Both the position numbers and the translations under genes were made by a program. DNA of 54,583 nucleotides from Minisyncoccota bacterium (GTDB lineage Bacteria; Patescibacteriota; Minisyncoccia; Phycocordibacterales; UBA9973): assembly GCA_036517215.1 (NCBI GenBank), contig DATDXF010000026.1:1-54583 (forward strand). Reading direction: 5' to 3'. Within the stretch, counting starts at the first letter, position 1. Every line of letters begins with the position of its first letter. A model generated the notes under the pieces. It saw only the letters and a program-made list of their open reading frames with translations, did no database searches and had not been told where the DNA came from. Shown here in pieces: positions 1 through 8,117 of this stretch.

Positions 1-1237
1 GGACTTCCGCCACTTTTTTATTCGCCAATAGCATCAGCTCCTCGATCAGCCTGTTTGAGTCTCCGCGAACTTTTTTTATTACTTGTACCGGAACTCCGGT
101 CTTATCCAAGACGAACTTCACTTCTTCTTGGTCGAGCGATATTGCTCCTTTGGAAAACCTTTCCTCGGTCAGTTTTTTCGCTATGTGATTTAGGGTAAAC
201 AACGCCTTTTGAAAAGGGTCGACAAGGTTTCCGCCTCTACGGCGGATCGCCGATGAGGCGATTTTGATAGAAATCTCCGCTTCCTCGTAGCTGAATCTTT
301 TTTGGGAGTGTATCACTGTGCGCCCGAACCATTCGCTTTTTACATTTACCCTGTCTTTGCCGGTTTTTTCTATTACGAATACCGCGCTCATGGTCAACCT
401 GTCTTTGTTCGGAACGAGGGAACACAGGTCGTTCGAAAGAACTTCCGGTAGCATGGGTATCGTCCTGTCTACCAGGTAAACGGAAGTTCCGCGCTCGCGG
501 GCTTCCAGGTCAAGCGCGCTGCCGGTCTTAACGTAATGCGAAACGTCGGCGATGTGTATGCCTATTTCGTATTCGGTGTTTTTCCCGCCGCTTATTTCCC
601 GGAAAGATATGGCGTCGTCAAAATCTTTGGCGTCCGCGGGGTCGATGGTGAAGGTGAGGGTTTTCCTGAAATCCCGGCGGCTGACGTAATCGGATTCTTT
701 TATTCCCCCCGATTTTATTTTTCTGGCTTCTTCTTCCACCTTGTTCGGGAGCTCCGAATCAAAACCTTTTTCCATCGCGATGGCATGCATCTCCGCGTTG
801 TTGTCTCCCGGGCGCCCAAGAATTTTGATTACTTTTCCGAGCGGCGCTTTACTGCCGTCTTTCCAGGAAGTTATCTCCGCGAAAACTTTTTGTCCGGCTT
901 TTGCGCCACCGAGTCCTTCTTTTGGAATTAAAATATCCGTATACATTTTTGTGTCGTCGGGCTTGAGGAAAAAAACGGATTTTTCCGTCTCCAGTATCCC
1001 GGCGAAACGCATTTTGGCGCGGGAAATTATTTTCGTTACTTCTCCGGTCTGCCGGCCATGGCCCATAAGAGGGTGGAGGAGTACTTCCACCAGGTCGCCG
1101 TGCATAGCCGTATTTAAGTGCTTAGAGTCTATTTCCGGATCCTTTCCCTTGTTTTTTTCGCCCCCTACGGCCACATATCCTGTGCCTTTGGCGGATATGG
1201 ATATGATGCCTTCTAATTTATTAGTTTTGTGTTTCAT
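1..1237 (-). CDS. rnr: Ribonuclease R (RNase II/R family), N-terminal ~412 codons; the 3' end runs off the left edge
   Basis: Hand translation of the minus strand from ATG at 1237 stays open to the window edge, so it is absent from the ORF track. It begins MKHKTNKLEGIISISAKGTGYV. RNB-domain signatures: TFTIDPADAKDFDDAIS, IGIHIADVSHYV, RGTSVYLVDRTIPMLPEVLSNDLCSLVP, EELMLLANKKVAEV. Confidence 0.85.
   Translation of the reverse strand, partial: MKHKTNKLEGIISISAKGTGYVAVGGEKNKGKDPEIDSKHLNTAMHGDLVEVLLHPLMGHGRQTGEVTKIISRAKMRFAGILETEKSVFFLKPDDTKMYTDILIPKEGLGGAKAGQKVFAEITSWKDGSKAPLGKVIKILGRPGDNNAEMHAIAMEKGFDSELPNKVEEEARKIKSGGIKESDYVSRRDFRKTLTFTIDPADAKDFDDAISFREISGGKNTEYEIGIHIADVSHYVKTGSALDLEARERGTSVYLVDRTIPMLPEVLSNDLCSLVPNKDRLTMSAVFVIEKTGKDRVNVKSEWFGRTVIHSQKRFSYEEAEISIKIASSAIRRRGGNLVDPFQKALFTLNHIAKKLTEERFSKGAISLDQEEVKFVLDKTGVPVQVIKKVRGDSNRLIEELMLLANKKVAEV
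231..265. repeat. Copy A of a ~35-nt double-hairpin element (CCGCCTCTACGGCGG + ATCGCC-loop-GGCGAT), lying inside the rnr coding sequence
   Basis: Near-identical to 4798-4833; related to 16851-16884 and to the half copy at 1976-1995. Confidence 0.8.
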
Positions 1238-1277
1238 TGTTTTAAATATAACATAAATGCTTTTAACCCCCTAAAAT

Positions 1278-1340
1278 CCCCCTTATCAGGGGGAATAGTT
1301 GTGTTTCCCCTCCCCTGATAAGGGGAGGGTTAGGGAGGGG
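1278..1340. promoter_or_regulatory. Two G/C palindromes with mutually inverted cores, plus a G-quadruplex-type tract, in the rnr leader / divergent promoter region
   Basis: CCCCCTTATCAGGGGG (1278-1293), CCCCTCCCCTGATAAGGGGAGGG (1307-1329), GGGGAGGGTTAGGGAGGGG (1322-1340). Confidence 0.4.
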
Positions 1341-1356
1341 TTGTTTTTTACGCATT

Positions 1357-1407
1357 ATAATACAAGGCCAAATAGGCATTGACAATAGGGTTGAAATGTG
1401 CTATACT
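1357..1407. promoter_or_regulatory. Back-to-back sigma70-type promoters with overlapping -35 boxes
   Basis: Plus strand: TTGACA (1379-1384), 17-nt spacer, TATACT (1402-1407), feeding the lipoprotein gene. Minus strand: TTGTCA (complement of 1380-1385), 17-nt spacer, TATTAT (complement of 1357-1362), feeding rnr. Confidence 0.55.
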
Positions 1408-1454
1408 TATATGAAATGAGGGTAGAATGTATCACCCTCGCTGGAGATGAGAAA

Positions 1455-1901
1455 ATGAGAAAGTTTCAACTCCCGTTCCTTGCCATCATGTTTTTGTCCA
1501 CGATCGCCTGCACCACGGGTCGGATCGAGCTGGCCAAGGCGTCTAACCCGACGCCTACAGCCATCACGGCTTTCCGCGAGTGCGTCGGACCCGACATCAA
1601 CAACATCGTGTTGGTGAAGTCGTGCTCCGAGCTCGCTGGACATGAGCTCGACCGCGCAGCGGAAACGGCCAATGCATCGGCTGATTCCCTTCGTAGCACG
1701 GTCGTCGTGGTATCGCCCGACCCGACGACTTACGGCGGTGGGTACGGGAGTTACTATCCCACGCCCGCAGCGGTCATGCCCACGTGCCCTCCCGGCGCTT
1801 ACGGATGCACCAGTGGTGCACCGCAAGTTGCCACAACTGGCAACACCCGCCCCCCGGGCGGATATGCGCCTGCAACCACAAGCGGAAGTGGGCATCGCTA
1901 G
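1455..1901 (+). CDS. Putative lipoprotein in a markedly G+C-rich gene
   Basis: Internal ATG at 1455 of ORF 1398..1901, preceded by GGAG. MRKFQLPFLAIMFLSTIAC has a lipobox-like signal. Pro/Gly/Thr/Tyr-rich tail. Open reading in several frames is typical of high-GC DNA. Confidence 0.55.
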   Translation: MRKFQLPFLAIMFLSTIACTTGRIELAKASNPTPTAITAFRECVGPDINNIVLVKSCSELAGHELDRAAETANASADSLRSTVVVVSPDPTTYGGGYGSYYPTPAAVMPTCPPGAYGCTSGAPQVATTGNTRPPGGYAPATTSGSGHR

Positions 1902-1975
1902 TCCGCACATCATCAAGGGGATGTTTTCGTCCCAAGACGTCGTCGCACATCGCACGGCGTCTTTTCATTTGTCTT

Positions 1976-1995
1976 CCGCCTCTACGGCGGATTTT
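1976..1995 (+). terminator. Half copy (B) of the CCGCCTCTACGGCGG hairpin followed by a T-tract
   Basis: CCGCC-TCTAC-GGCGG then ATTTTCTATTT, 75 nt after the lipoprotein stop codon. Confidence 0.5.
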
Positions 1996-2034
1996 CTATT
2001 TACAATTTATGTAAAGTGTGGTAGTTTAGTGTTT

Positions 2035-2553
2035 GTGAAGAAGAAAATTTTAAATAATATTTATATTGCGATTTTTGCCGTTTTGGTAGCTTCGTTTGGT
2101 TATGCGGATAATGTCATTGCTTGCCACAGATGCGACAACACCTATCAAAGGTATTCTTTCGGTTATGGTAGCAGCAATCCTTATGAAGTGGGGGAAAATT
2201 TTGACAATACCCGGTACTTTGATAGCAGCCGGGATTTTGGCAATACCACATATGTAGGGGGCACCCAGTATTTTGACAGCAGTCGGAATTTTGTTAATAT
2301 GACTTTTTTTAACACCAGGGGCAGCATGTTCGGAACGAACGGCAATTCTTTCGGCGGAAGCGAATATTTCGACTCTTTTGTTTTTGCCGGCACCAGCCAG
2401 TATTTTGACACAAACCAAATGTTTTCGGTAAATACTTCGTATTTTAATACAACGGGGGACTCGGCTGGCACCAGCCAATACTTCAGCAACTCAAGCGACT
2501 CTTATGCCGGGTACGGTTCTACGGGTAGGAATGTGAGGTATAGGGTAAATTAG
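2035..2553 (+). CDS. Small secreted repeat protein with YFD/QYF repeats
   Basis: GTG at 2035, in frame within ORF 1642..2553. VKKKILNNIYIAIFAVLVASFGYA looks like a signal peptide. Reiterated (T/S)QYFD(S/T), RYFDSS and EYFDS motifs. Confidence 0.5.
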   Translation: MKKKILNNIYIAIFAVLVASFGYADNVIACHRCDNTYQRYSFGYGSSNPYEVGENFDNTRYFDSSRDFGNTTYVGGTQYFDSSRNFVNMTFFNTRGSMFGTNGNSFGGSEYFDSFVFAGTSQYFDTNQMFSVNTSYFNTTGDSAGTSQYFSNSSDSYAGYGSTGRNVRYRVN

Positions 2554-2619
2554 TGGCCGCATCGGCAGACGGGGCGACTTTAATTTGCTTTTTTTACTAA
2601 ACTATAATAAACTCTTGCT

Positions 2620-2940
2620 ATGTTAAAAATTCGACTTCAGAGAATAGGAAGAAAGAACGACCCGTCTTTTCGCGCCGTTTTGACTGATTCAAAAAACAGC
2701 ACCAAGAGCGGTAGATTCCTGGAAATACTTGGGACTTATAACCCAAAAGCCGGAGAAAAAAATCTCAAGAAAAATTTTCAGACTGACAGAATAAAATACT
2801 GGATTAGTAAGGGTGCAAAGCCTTCCGACACAATGCATAACTTTTTAGTGCAGGACAAGATAATCGTAGGCAAGAAAATCAACGTTTTGCCGAAGAAAAA
2901 GCCTACGGTTAAGAGGAAAGAACTCAAGGCTAAAAAATAA
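2620..2940 (+). CDS. rpsP: 30S ribosomal protein S16
   Basis: MLKIRLQRIGRKNDPSFRAVLTDS...GTYNP...RIKYWISKGAKPSDT is typical of S16. Confidence 0.95.
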   Translation: MLKIRLQRIGRKNDPSFRAVLTDSKNSTKSGRFLEILGTYNPKAGEKNLKKNFQTDRIKYWISKGAKPSDTMHNFLVQDKIIVGKKINVLPKKKPTVKRKELKAKK

Positions 2941-3046
2941 CTTGCCTCCCGGTCCCGGGGTGAAGTATAATTACAGATAAGCAGTCAGCCAAACAATTTG
3001 GGTCGCAAAACTGCACGATTACAAAATTAATAATTCGTTTAATACT

Positions 3047-3415
3047 ATGGAAGAAGCAGACAAGATATTTTTGGAATACGTCGTAAAGGCTCTGGTGGAC
3101 AATCCGAATGATGTAAAGATAGATAGAACCGTGGATGAGATGGGGGTGCTTATCACTTTGACCGTTAATCCTGCCGATATGGGTAAGATTATCGTGCGAA
3201 TGGGCAACACCGCCAAGGCTATCCGCACGCTTCTGCGCATCATAGGCATGAAGAACAACGCCCGGGTTAACCTGAAGATTAACGAACCTGAGGGAAGCAT
3301 GAGACCAGAGAGGGACTCTATCCCGCATATGAATTCTACCGGTAGCGGCCTCGGCGCTGCGCCGTCAACACTGAAGACCGTTGACGAAGCAATGGATGAA
3401 TTGAAAGGAATATAA
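3047..3415 (+). CDS. KH-domain RNA-binding protein (YlqC/UPF0109-like) with a C-terminal extension
   Basis: FLEYVVKALVDNPNDVKIDRTVDEMGVLITLTVNPADMGKIIVRMGNTAKAIRTLLRI. It sits in the conserved position between rpsP and trmD. Confidence 0.85.
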   Translation: MEEADKIFLEYVVKALVDNPNDVKIDRTVDEMGVLITLTVNPADMGKIIVRMGNTAKAIRTLLRIIGMKNNARVNLKINEPEGSMRPERDSIPHMNSTGSGLGAAPSTLKTVDEAMDELKGI

Positions 3416-3432
3416 AACATTAAAGCAGAAAG

Positions 3433-3453
3433 TCCCCAAAAAGGGGATTTTTT
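3433..3453 (+). terminator. Intrinsic-terminator-like hairpin between the KH gene and trmD
   Basis: TCCCC-AAAAA-GGGGA followed by TTTTTT. Confidence 0.45.
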
Positions 3454-3468
3454 GTTATACTCTGAAAT

Positions 3469-4170
3469 ATGCGTTTTCATATCATTACAATTTTTCCGGA
3501 CATTTTTGACTCATACCTGCATGAGTCTATTATAGGCCGCGCCATCAAAAACAAAATAATAGATATAAAATTTTATAACCCCAGGGACTTTATCAAAGTG
3601 CCCAAGAATAAAAATCAGAATAATTATAAGCCGGTGGACGATAAGCCTTATGGCGGGGGACCCGGTATGGTCATGCGCGCGGAGCCGATATTGAAAGCGG
3701 TAGAAATCGCCAGAGCGGCGATCCGCCGAACAGGCGGAAAAGTTTTAATCATTAATTTTATTCCGAGCGCGCAAAAGTTTACTACCGGTTCCGCCAAAAC
3801 GCTTTCCAAAAAGTATACGGATATAATTTTAATCTGCGGAAGGTATGAGGGGATAGACGCGCGGGTGGACAAGATTTTAAAAACTAAAAAGTTTTCGATA
3901 GGGGACTATGTGGTAACCGGAGGCGAACTGCCAGCTATGGTTTTAATTGACTCCATATCCCGCCAGCTAAAAGGCGTTCTCGGCAAATACGAATCACTAG
4001 AAGAAGAAAGAATATCTTCAAGCGAAGTTTATACCCGCCCGGAAGTTTTAAAATATCCCTTCGGCGGAGCTCAGGGCAAGAAAGTTAAAACTTACAAAGT
4101 TCCAAAAGTGCTCCTCTCCGGAAACCATAAAAACATAGAGGAGTGGAAAACTAAGTCCGTGAAGGTTTAA
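3469..4170 (+). CDS. trmD: tRNA (guanine37-N1)-methyltransferase
   Basis: MRFHIITIFPDIFDSYL..., DDKPYGGGPGMVM, ICGRYEGIDARV, GDYVVTGGELPAMVLIDSISR. Confidence 0.95.
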   Translation: MRFHIITIFPDIFDSYLHESIIGRAIKNKIIDIKFYNPRDFIKVPKNKNQNNYKPVDDKPYGGGPGMVMRAEPILKAVEIARAAIRRTGGKVLIINFIPSAQKFTTGSAKTLSKKYTDIILICGRYEGIDARVDKILKTKKFSIGDYVVTGGELPAMVLIDSISRQLKGVLGKYESLEEERISSSEVYTRPEVLKYPFGGAQGKKVKTYKVPKVLLSGNHKNIEEWKTKSVKV

Positions 4171-4214
4171 TCTTCCCGGTATATGATACACTAAGAAACG
4201 GGGAGGGTTCTTCA

Positions 4215-4547
4215 ATGAAAATCGTAGGCAACGACGACAAGGTTAATTTGATGCGCACAGAGATTGACACCATCATAGATACGTGGAAAAATGTCGCTAG
4301 CCGTCCGGAATTGGATTCCATGCGGTATCGAATCTTGGAAAGGGCTGTAGTGAGTGTGGAGTTGCAGTTAACTGACGAAGAAATTCGCACCTTTATTATG
4401 GCTATACTGGACCAAGATCCTTCCAAGATGAAAGAGCAAAGGGAGCGGTTTGAATTCGTCGAGGCGGTGACTGCAAAGATTATCCCATGTCGTAACTTCT
4501 ACAAAAACGCGCCAGAATACCCCAAGCCCAAAAAAGACGGGGAATAG
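4215..4547 (+). CDS. Hypothetical protein (110 aa)
   Basis: ATG preceded by GGGAGG at 8-nt spacing. No family recognised. It sits where rplS is usually found. Confidence 0.5.
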   Translation: MKIVGNDDKVNLMRTEIDTIIDTWKNVASRPELDSMRYRILERAVVSVELQLTDEEIRTFIMAILDQDPSKMKEQRERFEFVEAVTAKIIPCRNFYKNAPEYPKPKKDGE

Positions 4548-4797
4548 TCCGCCAGCGGCGACAACAGAGTTCGTCCCCGGCGGACTTTGTTGTTGGTCCA
4601 TGAAGGTCAAACTTCACGGAATGAAAACGCTTGACTTTCAAGCCAAAAAAGAGTAGGCTACGCTAGATTCATTGATTGAGTATCGGATGCAATCCTCGTT
4701 TTATTAATAGGTTATTAATAATGTTATCCGAAGTTAGCCAATAGGAAGCAGAAAGAAGCAAGAGAAAAGCATTTTTTCGTCTGTTTTTCTTTTATTT

Positions 4798-4833
4798 CCG
4801 CCTCTACGGCGGATCGCCTAGGAGGCGATTTTT
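4798..4833 (+). terminator. Copy C of the double-hairpin element followed by a T-tract, upstream of rpoB
   Basis: CCGCCTCTACGGCGGATCGCCTAGGAGGCGATTTTT. Confidence 0.55.
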
Positions 4834-4868
4834 CTACCCTTGTTGCTATTTTCAGGACTCAATCAAGT

Positions 4869-7800
4869 ATGCAAAAAGCGACATCTCGTCCGAAGAAGTA
4901 TTTCTCGCGTTACAAGAAACCACTGGTGGAATTTCCGAATTTGATAGAAGCCCAGGTCAAGAGCTTTAAGTGGCTCATCGAGACCGGGATCGGGGAAGTC
5001 TTCAAAGAATTTTCTCCTATTATAGATTACTCCGGAAAAAAGTTTCAGCTGGAATTCACTTCTTTTTCCCTGGGTGAATCCAAGACCGACGAAAATAATT
5101 CCAAGATAAACAAACTCTCTTACCAAGGGCTCCTAAAGGCGCGGGTAAAATTGACGAATAAAATTTTGGGTACGGTAAAAGAACAAGAGATTTTCATGTC
5201 CGAGCTTCCTTTGATGACCCCGCACGGAACTTTCATAATCAACGGCGTAGAAAGAGTCATCGTACCGCAGCTTGCTAGGAGTTTCGGAGTTTTCTTTACC
5301 GAGTCCGAAACCAAGGGCACCCGGTATTTCGGAGCCAAGATTATTCCCGCCCGCGGAGTCTGGATTGAGATAGAGTCCGAATCCGACGGAGGCATTTACA
5401 TAAGAATAGACAAAAAGAGGAAATTTCCGGCTACCGCGCTCCTGCGGGCCATGGGGTATGAAACGGATGAAATGATATTGAAAGCCTTCTCCAAAGATCC
5501 TACAGCAGAAGAAAACATCAAGGCTTCGCTCGCGAAAGACGGCATAAAGAGCGTGAATGACGCATATATTGAAATTTATAAGCGTCTTCGGGACGGAGAT
5601 ATGGCCACCGCGGATAACGCCAAAGAGTTCATAAATTCTTTGTTTACCCCTGAACGATACGACCTTTCGCCGGTTGGACGATTCAGGTTCAACCAGCGTT
5701 TCGGAAAAGATATGGGTGAAGCGGAAATGGCCCGACGGGTTATTTCCAAAGAAGACCTGGTAACCGTAATTGCCAACATTATTGCTTTAAATAATACTCC
5801 GGGCGCCAAGGCGGACGATATAGACCACCTGGGGCAAAGGCGTGTACGTTTCGTGGGGGAAATTCTCCAGCAAAAAGTGCGCACCGGAATGATGCAGATT
5901 AAAAGAAATATTCAGGACAGAATGTCCATTATCGACGTGGATACAGCTATGCCGATTGCCATAATAAACCAGCGTCCGCTCCAGGCCCGCATAAAAGAAT
6001 TCTTTACTACCAACCAGCTCTCTCAATTCATGGCGCAAGAAAACGTGCTTTACGAAATAGAGCACCTTCGCACTCTCTCCGCCTTAGGGCCCGGAGGTCT
6101 TACCCGCGAGCGTGCGGGCCTTGAAGTTCGCGATGTGCACCCTTCCCACTACGGAAGAGTTTGTCCTATCCATACGCCGGAAGGACCGAACATCGGTCTT
6201 ATTCTTCACCTTTCCACTTACGCGAAGATAAATGATTTCGGAATCATCGAGACTCCTTATGCCAAAGTTAAAAACGGAAAAATAACTTCCGAGATAGTTT
6301 ACTTAAACGCGCTTGAAGAAGAAAAATACAACATCGCGCATGCCGGAATTCCTTATGACGAGAACGGCAAGATAACCAAAGACAAAGTGGAAGCAAGGGT
6401 AAAGACAGAGCCGGGCATGATTCCCGCCGAACAAGTTGACTTCATAGACGTAGCTCCGAACCAGGCATTCTCAATCGCCACTTCCATGATTCCGTTTTTG
6501 GAACACAACAACGCGAACCGCGCGCTCATGGGCAGCAACATGCAGAAGCAGGCCGTGCCTTGCGTGCTTCCGGAAATGCCTTTGGTTGCGACCGGGATTG
6601 AGGAGCTGGCTTCCAGGGACGGAGGCAGGCTTGTCATCGCTCTTGAAGACGGAGTCGTAACTTATCTTGACGCGAAAAAAATAGTGGTAAAGGGCCTCGC
6701 TCGTAAGCCTCGCCCGTCTAGCTATGGCCAAGGGGCTACGGCCGAGGGTAAATCCGACAAAGAACATACTTACGCGCTCATTAACTTCCTCCGAAACAAC
6801 AATTTTGCCGTGTTTCACCAGCGTCCGCTTGTGAATGTAGGCGATAAAGTAAAGAAAGGCGACGTGCTCGCCGATACTTCAAGCACAGTAGGCGGGCAGA
6901 TATCCCTTGGTCAGAATATTTTCGTGGCCTTTCTGTCGTGGTCCGGGTCAACTTACGAGGACGCAATAATTATTTCCGAACGCCTGGTAAAAAAGAGCAA
7001 ATTCACTTCCGTGTATCTGGAAGAATTCACCTGCGTGGTTCGGGACACCAAGCTTGGGCCGGAAATCACCACTCGCGATATACCAAACGTAGGCGAGCTA
7101 AAACTTAAAGACCTGGACGAAGACGGCATAGTTCGCATCGGCGCGGAAGTAAGGGAAAACGATATTTTAGTGGGTAAAATTACTCCGAAAGGAGAGACCG
7201 AACTTACACCGGAAGAAAGGCTTTTGCGTTCTATCTTTGCCGAAAAAGCCCGCGACGTTAAAGACACCTCTCTTCGAATGGAGCACGGCAAGCGTGGACG
7301 AATCATCGGGGTAAAAATATTCTCCCGTGACTTGGGACACACGCTTGAAGCGGGGATTATAAAAAAAATAGTTATCGAAGTCGCTCAGATAAGAAATATT
7401 TCGGTCGGAGATAAGCTTTCCGGACGACACGGAAACAAAGGAGTCATCTCCATGATACTGCCGGAAGAAGATATGCCTTATACGAAAGACGGTACCCCGG
7501 TAGACATAATTCTGTCACCGCTTGGCGTGCCTTCGCGTATGAACCTCGGGCAGATACTTGAAATGCATCTCGGCATGGCGGCAAACAGTTTGGGGTACCA
7601 GGCCATTGTTCCTCCTTTCCTGGGCGCGAAGCACGAAGAAATAAGAGAAGAGCTCGTAAAAGCCGGGTTGCCGGAAAACGGCAGGCTAAAACTCTTCGAC
7701 GGGCGAACTGGCGAGGCTTTCCAGCAGGATGTTGCTGTGGGATATATGTATATGCTCAAGTTGCACCACATGGTGGAAGACAAGATACACATGCGTTCTA

Positions 7801-8099
7801 TCGGTCCCTACTCGCTCATTACCCAGCAGCCCCTCGGAGGTAAGGCGCAAGGAGGAGGACAGAGATTCGGAGAAATGGAAGTCTGGGCGCTCGAGGGCTA
7901 CGGCGCGGCTTATACGCTTCGTGAAATGCTTACTATCAAGTCTGACGATATCCTCGGCCGTTCGGCTACTTTCGATTCCATTATCAAGAACGAGCCAATC
8001 AGACCGCCGAACTCTCCCGCGTCGTTTAATGTGCTTCTAAATTACCTGAGAGGTCTGGCGCTCGATGTCGATTTAAAAAAATCCGGTCAAAAGGAATAA
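4869..8099 (+). CDS. rpoB: DNA-directed RNA polymerase subunit beta
   Basis: 1076 aa with canonical beta-subunit blocks: GTFIINGVERVIV, HPSHYGRVCPIHTPEGPNIGL, NMQKQAVP, RHGNKGVIS, GGQRFGEMEVWALEGYGAAY. Confidence 0.98.
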   Translation: MQKATSRPKKYFSRYKKPLVEFPNLIEAQVKSFKWLIETGIGEVFKEFSPIIDYSGKKFQLEFTSFSLGESKTDENNSKINKLSYQGLLKARVKLTNKILGTVKEQEIFMSELPLMTPHGTFIINGVERVIVPQLARSFGVFFTESETKGTRYFGAKIIPARGVWIEIESESDGGIYIRIDKKRKFPATALLRAMGYETDEMILKAFSKDPTAEENIKASLAKDGIKSVNDAYIEIYKRLRDGDMATADNAKEFINSLFTPERYDLSPVGRFRFNQRFGKDMGEAEMARRVISKEDLVTVIANIIALNNTPGAKADDIDHLGQRRVRFVGEILQQKVRTGMMQIKRNIQDRMSIIDVDTAMPIAIINQRPLQARIKEFFTTNQLSQFMAQENVLYEIEHLRTLSALGPGGLTRERAGLEVRDVHPSHYGRVCPIHTPEGPNIGLILHLSTYAKINDFGIIETPYAKVKNGKITSEIVYLNALEEEKYNIAHAGIPYDENGKITKDKVEARVKTEPGMIPAEQVDFIDVAPNQAFSIATSMIPFLEHNNANRALMGSNMQKQAVPCVLPEMPLVATGIEELASRDGGRLVIALEDGVVTYLDAKKIVVKGLARKPRPSSYGQGATAEGKSDKEHTYALINFLRNNNFAVFHQRPLVNVGDKVKKGDVLADTSSTVGGQISLGQNIFVAFLSWSGSTYEDAIIISERLVKKSKFTSVYLEEFTCVVRDTKLGPEITTRDIPNVGELKLKDLDEDGIVRIGAEVRENDILVGKITPKGETELTPEERLLRSIFAEKARDVKDTSLRMEHGKRGRIIGVKIFSRDLGHTLEAGIIKKIVIEVAQIRNISVGDKLSGRHGNKGVISMILPEEDMPYTKDGTPVDIILSPLGVPSRMNLGQILEMHLGMAANSLGYQAIVPPFLGAKHEEIREELVKAGLPENGRLKLFDGRTGEAFQQDVAVGYMYMLKLHHMVEDKIHMRSIGPYSLITQQPLGGKAQGGGQRFGEMEVWALEGYGAAYTLREMLTIKSDDILGRSATFDSIIKNEPIRPPNSPASFNVLLNYLRGLALDVDLKKSGQKE
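6707..6748. repeat. G+C-rich imperfect palindromic element embedded in frame in rpoB
   Basis: GCCTCGCCC...CTACGGCCGAGGG. The arms CCTCGCCCGTCTAGC and GGCTACGGCCGAGG can pair. It shares both termini with 11158-11185. Confidence 0.65.
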
Positions 8100-8117
8100 T
8101 CATAAAGAATAAATAAT

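Noticed and set aside
536-1256. Plus-strand ORFs 536..931 and 741..1256
   Set aside because: They are antisense to a clean, motif-rich RNase R reading frame on the minus strand. Their translations are low-complexity and not protein-like.
1407-2014. Multiple overlapping ORFs (1407..1955 -, 1466..1699 -, 1774..1968 -, 1784..2014 +, and the 5' part of 1642..2553 +)
   Set aside because: Long open frames on all strands are the expected artefact of the G+C-rich patch. Only the frame with a lipobox signal, SD and promoter is kept. The 1642 ORF is credible only from GTG at 2035, where a signal peptide begins.
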